From an uncultured Actinomycetota bacterium (GTDB lineage Bacteria > Actinomycetota > Actinomycetes > JADGOV01), in assembly GCA_963814355.1 (NCBI GenBank), contig CAWFCZ010000018.1:637224-701223 (forward strand): a stretch of DNA of 64,000 nucleotides, read 5' to 3'. The translations under genes were made by a program, and so were the position numbers. Shown piece after piece: positions 51,706 to 61,200 of this stretch; the first letter of the stretch is position 1, and each line of letters starts with the position of its first letter. Below the pieces are notes generated by a model that did no database searches, had not been told where the DNA came from, and saw only the letters and a list, made by a program, of their open reading frames with translations.

Positions 51706-53769
51706 CTAGCTGCTCCGCTCGGCGGGGCCGGCATCGGCTACCACCATCTCGGAGCCCACCCCGTCGGAGCCCACCACGGCCAGCACGCCCGGGCCGTAGT
51801 CGTGCAGCTTCCGCGCTCCGATGCCGCCGATGGCCGCCAGCTCGGCCAGGGTTCCCGGCTTGACCCGCGCGATGGCGCCCAGCGTCGCGTCGGTGAATAC
51901 GCAGAAAGCCGGCTGCTTGCGCTCTCTCGCCTGTTCCAGGCGCCACCGCCGAAGCCGCTCGAACAGCGCACCGTCCGCCGGGGCTGCCGGCCGGTGTCCG
52001 GGCCCTTCCCGATTCCGGCCCCGGGAGGGCGGGGTCGGCCGTAGGCCATCCAGGAACCGGCTCGGCGACCGCCCCCGCCGCCCACCCGGGGCCCTGGACA
52101 GTGCCCAGGACAGGGCGAGATGGCGCTGCGCCCGGGTGATGCCCACGTAGAACAGCCGCCGCTCTTCGGCGATCTGGGCGTCGGTGGTGGCATAGCTGAT
52201 CGGCAGCGTGCCCTCGGTCAGCCCGACCAGGAAGACGGCGTCCCACTCCAGACCCTTTGCGGCGTGTAGGGATGCCAGCGCGACCCCGTCGACCGGTGGC
52301 GCGTCCTGAGCCGCCGCCCGCTGGGCCAGTTCGGCGGCGAAAGCGGGCAGGTCGGTCTCGGGCTCGGCAGCCGCCATGTCTTCCGCGAGACGCACGATGG
52401 CGCCCACCGACTCCCAGCGCTCCCGCGCGGCTCCGGGGCTCGCCGGCGGTGTCCGGGACCAGCCGGCCGAGGACAGCACCGCCTCGACATCGGCGACCAA
52501 CCGGCCGCTCGACCCGCCGGCGTCCCCTGCCGAGCTCGGGGCCGGCTCCTCTCCGAACCGGCCGGCGGCCCGCAGCAACACCATTGCCCGGCGCACCTCG
52601 GGTCGTTCGAAGAACCGCTCCGCGCCGCGGAGCAGGTACGGCACCCCGGCGTCGGCAAACGCCTGCTCGTAGGCCTGAGACTGGGCGTTGATCCGGTACA
52701 GCACGGCGATGTCCCTGGCCGCCGTCCCGCCAGTGATCAACCGTTGGCAGGCGGCGGCGGTGGCGGCCGCCTCGGCGGGCTCGTCGGGATACTCGCGAAA
52801 GGTCGGCGGCGGGCCGGCGGGCCGCTGCGCGGTCAGCGGCAGGCGCTCACCGACCGGCCCGCGGTTGCGGACCGCATTGGCGAGGGCAACGACCTCCGGG
52901 GTCGAACGGTAGTCCCTGACGAGCCGTACCACGGTGGCGTTCGGGAAGCGCCGCGGAAACTCCAGCAGGTACGACGACCGGGCGCCGGTGAAGGTGTAGA
53001 TCGTCTGGCCGGCGTCGCCGACCACGCAGAGGTCGTCCCGGTCGCCGAGCCAGGCGTCGAGCAACTGCTGTTGCAAGGGGTTGACGTCCTGGTACTCGTC
53101 CACTACGAAGTACCGGTAACGGCCACGGACCTCGGCCGCGACGTGCCGGTTGTCCGAGATCACCCCGGCCGCCAGCAGCAGCAGGTCTTCGAAGTCCACC
53201 ACTCCTACGGCGGTCTTGACCTCCTCGTACGCGGCCGCCACGGCGGCCACCTCATCGGGTGGTAGCGGCGGCTGACGGCCGGCCCGAGCGGCGGCCGAGG
53301 AGTAGGCCGTGGGCGCGGTGAGCGATGCCTTGGCCCACTCGAGCTCCCCGGTCAGGTCACGCAGCACGGTTCCGCCCACCGGGCGGTGCAGGGTGGTTGA
53401 CGCCGCCTGGGCCACCAGCCGAAGTTTGCTGTCGACCACCCTCGGCAGGGCGACGCCGAGCGCCTTGGGATAGAAGTAGCCGAGCTGACGCAGAGCGGCG
53501 GAGTGGAAGGTCCTGGCCTGCACCCCCGGCACGCCGAGTGCCCGCAGCCTGGTGCGCATTTCGGCCGCCGCCCTGGTGGTGAAGGTCACGGCCTGAATCT
53601 CCGATACCGGCACGGCCCCGGAGTGCACTGCGTAGGCGATCCGCGCGGTGATCGCCCGCGTCTTGCCCGTGCCAGCTCCGGCGAGTACGCAGACCGGACC
53701 GCGAACGGCTTCGGCGACGGCCCGCTGCTCGCCGTCCAAGCCGGCCAACAGGTCGGCGCACACACTCAC
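51706..53769 (-). CDS. uvrD2: ATP-dependent DNA helicase UvrD2 (UvrD-like with C-terminal HRDC domain)
   Basis: GAGTGKT Walker A, UvrD motifs, C-terminal ..AFCVFTDATLGAIA..LAELAAIGGIG.. HRDC. Adjacent to whiB7 as in mycobacteria. Confidence 0.85.
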   Translation of the reverse strand: MSVCADLLAGLDGEQRAVAEAVRGPVCVLAGAGTGKTRAITARIAYAVHSGAVPVSEIQAVTFTTRAAAEMRTRLRALGVPGVQARTFHSAALRQLGYFYPKALGVALPRVVDSKLRLVAQAASTTLHRPVGGTVLRDLTGELEWAKASLTAPTAYSSAAARAGRQPPLPPDEVAAVAAAYEEVKTAVGVVDFEDLLLLAAGVISDNRHVAAEVRGRYRYFVVDEYQDVNPLQQQLLDAWLGDRDDLCVVGDAGQTIYTFTGARSSYLLEFPRRFPNATVVRLVRDYRSTPEVVALANAVRNRGPVGERLPLTAQRPAGPPPTFREYPDEPAEAAATAAACQRLITGGTAARDIAVLYRINAQSQAYEQAFADAGVPYLLRGAERFFERPEVRRAMVLLRAAGRFGEEPAPSSAGDAGGSSGRLVADVEAVLSSAGWSRTPPASPGAARERWESVGAIVRLAEDMAAAEPETDLPAFAAELAQRAAAQDAPPVDGVALASLHAAKGLEWDAVFLVGLTEGTLPISYATTDAQIAEERRLFYVGITRAQRHLALSWALSRAPGGRRGRSPSRFLDGLRPTPPSRGRNREGPGHRPAAPADGALFERLRRWRLEQARERKQPAFCVFTDATLGAIARVKPGTLAELAAIGGIGARKLHDYGPGVLAVVGSDGVGSEMVVADAGPAERSS

Positions 53770-53899
53770 CCGACCATCCTCTCAGCCGGGCGGGGACCGG
53801 CCAGCGCGGTGGATCCGCGAGCCGGGAAGTTCAGCCCCGCTCGCCCGGTTGACGCCAGTGATGCCGCCATCGAAACCGTCGCAGCCTCTTGGAGCCAGT

Positions 53900-54163
53900 G
53901 TGGACCAGGGCAGTCATGATCGACAGCTTGTGATCTACAGCACGGTCTGGTGCGGCTACTGCACCCGCTTGAAGCGACAGCTGGAGCGGGCCGGCGTCCC
54001 CTTCCGCAACGTCGACATCGAGCAAGATCCGGCCGCTGCCGCCTTTGTCGAGCAGGCGAACGGGGGGAGCCAGACGGTACCGACGGTGCATTTGCCGGAC
54101 GGCGCGACGATGACCAATCCCAGTTTCGCCCAACTTCAGCGGGCCATGGCCCAGCCCGCATAA
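53900..54163 (+). CDS. Mycoredoxin / glutaredoxin-like protein
   Basis: ..VIYSTVWCGYCTRLK.. CGYC active site and ..TVPTV.. motif. Start tentatively GTG 53900. Confidence 0.7.
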   Translation: MDQGSHDRQLVIYSTVWCGYCTRLKRQLERAGVPFRNVDIEQDPAAAAFVEQANGGSQTVPTVHLPDGATMTNPSFAQLQRAMAQPA

Positions 54164-54194
54164 GGTCTGCGAAAACTCCTTCTATGGTCCACCA

Positions 54195-55160
54195 TTGGAC
54201 CCTGACTGGTCGTCAAACGCGGCCGGTCATGAACCATGGCTGCTCGCCGATCCGGCGTGCGGCCCACCTCGTAAACCGGTGGTGACGGGCGTGACGATCG
54301 CGGCGGGGTTGGACTCTCCGGTGGTCACGGCGGCGCTGACCGCGACCGCCACGGTCACCGGGATGGAGGTCGTCTTCATCGGTGGGCTCACCGAGGAAGA
54401 CTTCACCTTCCAGCGGGTGCTCGGGCACTGGGAGGGCCTCGCCGAAGGCCTCACCCGCCCCCGTGCCGACTCGTTCTGCGCCCGGCTGCTGGCCGGCGGC
54501 CCCACCGCCACCGCCGATGCTCGGTCTGAGCCGGCCTATGCCTCGGTGACCCAAGTAGCTCACCGCGAGGTGCGGTCCTACGTTGGCGTCCCGATCCGGG
54601 ACGCCACGGGTTGCGTCCTGGGCACGCTGTGCGCGGTCGACTCCTCCTCGGTCCCGGTCACCGACGGGGCGGTCGCCATTCTGCGCGATCTCGCAGACCT
54701 GATTGCGGTCCACCTGCGCACGGTGCCGCCGCCCGGCGTCGTGATTCGCCGGACCGGCCTCGGCTGGCAGGTGGAAAGCAACCCGGGCGAGGCGGCGGAC
54801 GGCGCAACGGCGCCGGAGTCCGACTTGGTCACCGCTCTGACGCTTGCCGACCTGGTGGCCGCCGAAGTGCCGCCCAGCCCGCCGCGGCGCCCGGAGACGG
54901 AACTGGACGAGGTCGGGCGGCTTCGCATCCTGGTCGACCAGTTGGAACACGCCCTGACCGCTCGGGTCGCGGTCGAACAGGCCATTGGAGTGCTCTGCGA
55001 GCGCTACCGTCTGGCGCCGCGAGCGGCCTTCGACCGACTCCGCAGGGCGGCCCGCTCGCGTGGGCGGCGGGTGCACCACCTAGCCGGGGAAGTCGTGGCT
55101 TCCTCCTCGAGGGCCGGGATCCCGTTGCCGCCCGAGTTGGCGCCGCGCCGACTGTCCTAG
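54195..55160 (+). CDS. GAF-domain plus ANTAR-domain RNA-binding regulator (start uncertain)
   Basis: GAF-like region (..VRSYVGVPIRDATGCVLGTLCAVD..). C-terminal ANTAR ..RVAVEQAIGVLCERYRLAPRAAFDRLRRAARSRGRRVHHLAGEVV. Confidence 0.6.
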   Translation: MDPDWSSNAAGHEPWLLADPACGPPRKPVVTGVTIAAGLDSPVVTAALTATATVTGMEVVFIGGLTEEDFTFQRVLGHWEGLAEGLTRPRADSFCARLLAGGPTATADARSEPAYASVTQVAHREVRSYVGVPIRDATGCVLGTLCAVDSSSVPVTDGAVAILRDLADLIAVHLRTVPPPGVVIRRTGLGWQVESNPGEAADGATAPESDLVTALTLADLVAAEVPPSPPRRPETELDEVGRLRILVDQLEHALTARVAVEQAIGVLCERYRLAPRAAFDRLRRAARSRGRRVHHLAGEVVASSSRAGIPLPPELAPRRLS

Positions 55161-56084
55161 CGTTGCCGGTCGGCCCGACCCGCTCGCCCGGTCGCCGTTA
55201 TCCACCCACCGCCGCAGCAGCCAGTGCGCGATCGACACGGCTGACGGGGTGCCGGCGCTGCCGTCGAGGATCTCCGTGCGGTGGAACCAGTACGCCTCGG
55301 CCAGTTCAGCAGGATCCGGCCGCAGCTGCGCGTAGTCGGCGCGTGCGGTGAAGCCGAGCATCAGGCTGGACGGCAATGGCCAGGGCTGGCTACCGGCGTA
55401 GCGGATCTCCGTGACCTCGAGGCCCACTTCCTCGGCCACCTCCCGGGCCACCGCCTGCTCCAGGGACTCGCCGGCCTCGACGAAGCCGGCCAGAATGCTG
55501 AACCGGCCGGCCGGCCAGGACTGACCCCGACCGAGTACCACCCGGTCCCCGCCGTCATGCACCAACATGATCACGGCCGGGTCGAGCCGGGGAAAGTATT
55601 CCGAGCCGTCCGCCGGGCAGCGCCGGACCGACCCACCGGCGGCACTCTGCGTCCGTGCGCCACACCGCGGACAGTGCGGCATCGTGGCATGCCAGTTCGC
55701 CACAGCCACGGCGTGGGTGAGCAGGCCAGCGTGGCGATCGTCGAGGAGTGCCCCGACATCGCGCAACCCCATGAGCCGGGCGGCGCCCGCCGGGGCACCC
55801 GGCAGCGGCCCGGCCACCGCGAAGTATGCCGTCCCCGCGTCCTCCCCCAGGTACAGCCGCTCGCCGCGCGGCATCCGTCCGGGAGCGTCCAGCACGAGAC
55901 TCGGTGGATCTGCCGAAATGTCGACCAGCGCCCGCCCGTCGTCAATGACGAACGCCCGGGTGGACGAGTCGCCCCAGGCGCGAGCCAGGTACGCCTCGTC
56001 CGTGCGCCGGTGTGTCGCCCGGTTGACACCGCGCCTGGCCAACGCCGGCGGAGGATCCGGCGGCGGGGCGGCCGTGCTGACCAT
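55080..56084 (-). CDS. nudC: NADH pyrophosphatase NudC (Nudix), with a C-terminal extension that overlaps the 3' end of the ANTAR gene by about 80 bp
   Basis: CPRCG..C zinc ribbon. Nudix box ..GFVEAGESLEQAVAREVAEEVG... Confidence 0.75.
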   Translation of the reverse strand: MVSTAAPPPDPPPALARRGVNRATHRRTDEAYLARAWGDSSTRAFVIDDGRALVDISADPPSLVLDAPGRMPRGERLYLGEDAGTAYFAVAGPLPGAPAGAARLMGLRDVGALLDDRHAGLLTHAVAVANWHATMPHCPRCGARTQSAAGGSVRRCPADGSEYFPRLDPAVIMLVHDGGDRVVLGRGQSWPAGRFSILAGFVEAGESLEQAVAREVAEEVGLEVTEIRYAGSQPWPLPSSLMLGFTARADYAQLRPDPAELAEAYWFHRTEILDGSAGTPSAVSIAHWLLRRWVDNGDRASGSGRPATLGQSARRQLGRQRDPGPRGGSHDFPG

Positions 56085-56182
56085 CTTCGGGCTATCCCCG
56101 CTGGCACGGCCGTCAAGCACGCCGGGCGCGCCGCCGGTCTCGATGACTCGGCCGCGACGAGAAACGCGGCTAACGTTCGGGG

Positions 56183-57079
56183 GTGCGCCTGGCCACGTTC
56201 AACCTGCTGCACGGTCGATCCGTCGAGGACCAGACCGTCGACCCGGATCGCCTTCGAGCTGCCGCGAACCAGCTGGACGCGGACGTTGTGTGCCTTCAGG
56301 AAGTGGACTTCCGGCAAAGCCGGTCCCATCACCACGACTTGACCCAGGTGGTCGCGGACGCGATGGATGCGCCGGCGTGGCGCTTCGAGCCGACCCTGGT
56401 CGGCGTACCGGGTGGCGCCTGGCGCAAACCGGGTCGGCACGCCTGCGCGGCTCACAGTTCGGACAGTGCGCCCGGCGCGGATGGCCCGCTGGGTCCTGGC
56501 GGGGGCGATTATGGCTCGAGGCAACCGATGGAGGCGGCGTACGGCGTCGGCCTGGTTTCCCGCCATCCGGTACGCCAGTGGCAGGGCATCCGATTTGCGC
56601 CCGCCCCGATCCGGGCCCCCGTCCTGATGCCCGGCACCGGCCGGCCGATGCTGCTGGTCGACGAGCCCCGGGCCGGGCTCGCCGCCGTCCTCGACACACC
56701 GGAGGGGCCGCTGACCGTGGTCTGTACGCATCTGTCCTTCGTGCCCGGCTGGAACGTGCGCCAGTTACGACAGTTGACTGCGGCGGTTGCCGACCTGCCC
56801 GAACCGCTGGTCCTGCTCGGCGACCTTAATCTGCCCGGGTCGGTACCCCGGCTGGTCACCGGCTGGCAGCAACTAGCCCGGGTGGCGACCTATCCCGCGT
56901 GGCAACCGCGAGTCCAGCTCGACCACGCGCTGGCCCGGGAGCCGGGTTGGACGCCGACCACGGTGGACGCGGTACGCCTTCCCCTGTCCGATCACCGCGC
57001 CCTGCTGATCGACACACCGTTGCCGACTCCGGGCCGGCGCGTGTCGACCTCGCCTTTTCAGCGGCGCATGGGAAGGTAA
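56183..57079 (+). CDS. Endonuclease/exonuclease/phosphatase (EEP)-family protein
   Basis: ..ATFNLLHG..DVVCLQEVD.. N-terminus. C-terminal ..LSDHRAL... GTG start. Confidence 0.65.
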   Translation: MRLATFNLLHGRSVEDQTVDPDRLRAAANQLDADVVCLQEVDFRQSRSHHHDLTQVVADAMDAPAWRFEPTLVGVPGGAWRKPGRHACAAHSSDSAPGADGPLGPGGGDYGSRQPMEAAYGVGLVSRHPVRQWQGIRFAPAPIRAPVLMPGTGRPMLLVDEPRAGLAAVLDTPEGPLTVVCTHLSFVPGWNVRQLRQLTAAVADLPEPLVLLGDLNLPGSVPRLVTGWQQLARVATYPAWQPRVQLDHALAREPGWTPTTVDAVRLPLSDHRALLIDTPLPTPGRRVSTSPFQRRMGR

Positions 57080-57171
57080 CCGGGATAGGTCAATCGTGGG
57101 GGGAGCCGCCGGTGCGTCACGGTCGCGCCGCTCACACTCCGCGGTGCCGCGAACCCGCGGATCTCGCCGTG

Positions 57172-58290
57172 AGGTTGGGATCCGGTGTGTTCGCCGGCGC
57201 GCTCGCCGCCGGACTGCTGTCCTGTTCTGCGGCCGGATCGGACCGCCCGACCGTCGCCGACGCCCGCGCCTCGCCGGTCGGTACTCCCGCCGCAGGGCGC
57301 AGCCAACCCTCGACCCTGCCGGTTGACCCGTCCCACAGGCGGTCGGACCGACCCAACACCACGGTGCGACTCGCCTTCGGTGGTGACGTGCACTTCGAAG
57401 GCGCCGACCGGGCCCGGTTAGCGGCGAACCCGGCCACCGCGTTCGGTCCGGTCGCCACCCTGCTGCGTGCGGCCGACCTCGCGATGGTGAATCTGGAGAC
57501 GGCGGTCACCACGCGCGGCACACCGGCGGCGAAACGATTCGTTTTCCGTGCTCCGCCGGCGGCCTTCGCGGCCCTGCGCGCGGCGGGGGTCGACGTGGTC
57601 ACCCAGGCCAACAACCACGGCATGGACTACGGCCCGGTCGGATTACGCGACTCGCTGGCCGCTGCCAAGGCGGCCGGCTTCCCGGTGGTCGGCATCGGTA
57701 CGGACGCCGGCGGAGCCTTCGCACCGTGGACCACGACGATTCGTGGGGAACGGATCGCGGTCCTCGGTGCCACCCAGGTGCTGGACGCCAATCTTGTCTC
57801 GGCGTGGACGGCGGGACCGGACAAGCCGGGGCTGGCATCGGCGAAAGACGTCCCTCGAATGCTCGATGCGGTCCGTGCCGCCCGGGCCAGCGCGGATGTC
57901 GTGGTGGTCTACCTGCATTGGGGCACCGAGATGCACAGCTGCCCGACCGACGCCCAGCAGAACCTGGCGAAAGCCGTGGCCGCCGCCGGCGCCGACGTCA
58001 TCGTCGGCTCGCACGCCCATGTACTGCTCGGTGGCGGTCGGCTGGGCGCCAGCTACGTCGATTACGGGCTGGGCAACTTCGTCTTCTACGCCCGTAGCGG
58101 GCCGACCCTCTCCTCCGGCGTGCTGACGCTCACCCTCGACGGGCGGACGGTACGCTCCGCCCGCTTCGACCCGGCCCGAATATCCGGCGGAGTGCCGGTG
58201 CCGCTCACCGGCGCCGCAGCGGCGGCCGCGGGGCGCGCCTGGCAGCGGCTACGGGACTGTTCCGGACTGCAACCCGTTCCCTCGTCGTGA
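57172..58290 (+). CDS. CapA/PGA_cap-family metallophosphatase lipoprotein (start uncertain, 57113 or 57172)
   Basis: Lipobox AAGLLSC. ..ANNHGMDYG.. and ..GSHAHVL.. CapA motifs. Confidence 0.6.
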   Translation, partial: RLGSGVFAGALAAGLLSCSAAGSDRPTVADARASPVGTPAAGRSQPSTLPVDPSHRRSDRPNTTVRLAFGGDVHFEGADRARLAANPATAFGPVATLLRAADLAMVNLETAVTTRGTPAAKRFVFRAPPAAFAALRAAGVDVVTQANNHGMDYGPVGLRDSLAAAKAAGFPVVGIGTDAGGAFAPWTTTIRGERIAVLGATQVLDANLVSAWTAGPDKPGLASAKDVPRMLDAVRAARASADVVVVYLHWGTEMHSCPTDAQQNLAKAVAAAGADVIVGSHAHVLLGGGRLGASYVDYGLGNFVFYARSGPTLSSGVLTLTLDGRTVRSARFDPARISGGVPVPLTGAAAAAAGRAWQRLRDCSGLQPVPSS

Positions 58291-61200
58291 CCCGTTCGGT
58301 GAGCCTGACACTCCGGCGTCGCCTGGCTCCTCCGCAGGCGCCGCCGCGCACACGGGCAGCGCCTCGACCAGCCGGCGTAGCCCGGTCTCGTCGAGGAGGT
58401 CGATGGGTGTGACCGTGACGTTGTCCCGCACATAGTGGAAGCCCGCGCGCACCCGATCTGGACGAACCCGCTTCAGCTGTGCCCATGCCAGCCGGTAGGC
58501 GGCCAGTTGCACCGCAGCCGCGCCCGCCCCGGCCGTCGACGGCTGCGCCCCGGTCTTCCAGTCGATCACCGTCCAGCCACCGTCCGCGTCGGCGAAGACC
58601 GCGTCCATCCGGCCTCGGACGGCGGCTCCGCCGATCCGGGTGTCGAAGGGCACTTCCACCTCGACCGGTGTCCGGGTCCACCAAGCACTGCGCGAGAAGG
58701 CGTGCTGCAGCACGGCCAACTCGGCATCGGCAGCCGCGCCTTCGTCGCCGGCACCGGCAAGCTCATCGAGGTCCAGCAGTTTTAGCTGGCCGTAGAAGGT
58801 TTCCAGCCAGGCGTGGAAGGCGGTACCCCGGCGGGCGGCCGGAGTCGGGCGTTGGGGCAGCGGGCGACGCAACGCCCGGGCCAGCGACTCCGGGTCATCA
58901 GCCAGCCGGACCAAATGGGTGACGCTGAGGCGGTCCGGTACCACTACCTCGCGGACGGCGCCGGCCTCCTCGGCTGCCGTGTCACGTTCAGCACGCAGCA
59001 GCCGAGCCTCCGCCGCCCACCGTTGGGCCAGGCGGGCGTCCTCGGCACCGCCCGGGTACTCGCCGCCGCGCCCGTCGTCGACTGCCGCGCCCATGGTGAT
59101 CTGCGGCGATTGCGAGGCGGCCTCGACGGCCCGGGCCGCCTCGCGCAGCGCCTCGTAGGCCGGGCCGCCCGGCGGTTCCGGCCACTGCGCGGTCGGTGGG
59201 CTCGCGTGCTGCGGATTGGAAGCGTCGGCTGCCGGCTCCGGGCACCAGTGCGTCGGGGCCGCGCCGCCGGCCGCCTGCGACGCGGCCGTGATCTCGGTGA
59301 GGAAGACCGACGGGCCGAGCCGGCTCTTGCCCTCCCCCCACCAGAAGCCGGAACACAGCACGACCCGCGATGCCCTGGTCAGCGCCACATAAGCCAGTCG
59401 TCGCTCCTCCAACTCCTCCCGCTCGCCGACGGCCGAGTCGAAGGCGCCGGCATCGGCGGCGGTGAGACCGGCGAGATGAGGGAGGTCGGCGGCATCGCCA
59501 CGCAGCGGAAAGGGCAGCAGCTTCGCGTTGTGCGTCCACTTCGTACTGACTCTCGGGCGGGCCGGAAAGATCGCCGAGGACCCGCCCGACGCCAGCCCGG
59601 GAACCGCTACTACCGGCCACTCCAGGCCCTTCGCTGCGTGCACCGTCAGAATCTTCACGCTGTCCCCAGAACCGACCCGCCCGGTTTCGAGGCCGAATTC
59701 CTCCTCCTCCGCCGCCCTGAGGTAGGCCAGGAAGGCCCGCAGCGACGGCTCCTCCGCCTCGCCGGCGAACTCGACGGTGGCATCGGAGAACGCGTCGAGA
59801 TCGGCCCGGGCGGAGATCGCATCCGCGCCGCCCCGAGCGGCGACCTCGACATCAAGACCGAGGGTACGTTCCACGTCAGCCACCAGATCCGGCAATGGTT
59901 GATCCACCCGCTGGCGCAGTGCGGCGATCTCGTCCCCGAAGGCCCGCAGTCGGGCGTACGCCGTGACCGAGAACGCCGTGTCCGGCCCAGGGTCGTCCAC
60001 TGCCTCGACGAGGCTTCCCAGCCGTCCCTCGTCCGACGCCGCGACCACCTCGGCTACCGAGTCGGCGCCAGCCGCTTTGCCTTCCGCGCGCGCCGTCGAC
60101 TCGTCTTCGGCGGTCCCGTCCCGAGCCAGCCACCGAGCCCGATCGCCGAGCGCCACCAGATCACGGGCACCGACCCGCATCCGGGGAGCGGTGAGCAGCC
60201 GGATCACGGCGTCGTTGGCCGAGGTGTCCTCCAGAATTCGCAGGACGGAGATCACATCGAGTACGTCGGGGACAGTGAGCAGCCCACCCAGCCCGACCAC
60301 CTCGACCGGGACCTGCCGAGACTCCAGGGCGCGGCGCAGCAAGGGAAACTGAGACCGCTTCCGGCAGAGGACTGCAACATCACCTGCAGTGAGCGCAGCC
60401 TCGGCCGGCACCGAGCCATCCGACCCCGAGCCGGCCGGCACCGAGGCGGCAAGGAGCCCGGCGATCCGGTCCGCGACCCAGTCCGCCTCGGCCATGGTGG
60501 TCTCCAACAGCGCGCACTCGACGCGACCTCGACCCCGCCCGTTCTCGGTCGGGCGAAGCGCCGGCACGTCGGGGTCGCTGGCCCGCAGTGGTTGCGCCAG
60601 CCGGTTGGCGACGCCGAGGATTGCCTCGGCGTTGCGGAAACTGGTCGCCAGGTGGCGCACCGGAACCGCTCGCCCGGCAGCGGCGAAGTGCTGCGGGAAC
60701 CGGCGCAGGCCGCCGGCACCGGCCCCCCGCCAGCCGTAGATCGACTGGCACGGATCACCGACCGCCGTCACGGGATGGCCATCGCCGTAGAGCGCCCGAA
60801 GCAGTTCTCGCTGGGCATGCCCGGTGTCCTGGTACTCATCGAGCAGGACGACCGGGTACCGCGAGCGCTCGATCCGGGCGACCTCAGGGTGTCGGAGGGC
60901 GATCCTGGCGGCCAGGGCTACCTGGTCGCCGTAGTCGATGACGCCGCGGGCGGCCTTGGCGGCCAGGTAGCCCTCGACCAACGGCAGCAGCGCCCGCGTG
61001 ATCGCCGTGGTGGCCGCCAGCCTGGTGACCATCGGCGACCTGCCCTCGTAGCTGGCCACTCGGGCGGCCCAGCGCTCGATCTCGGCGCGCAACTCGCCAG
61101 GCGTGCGCAGGTGCTCGGCCAGTTCACCCGCGAGTGCCAGTACCGCATCGGTCACCCACGGCGGCCCGTTGGGCACGTCGTCCATCGGGCCGGCGTAGGC

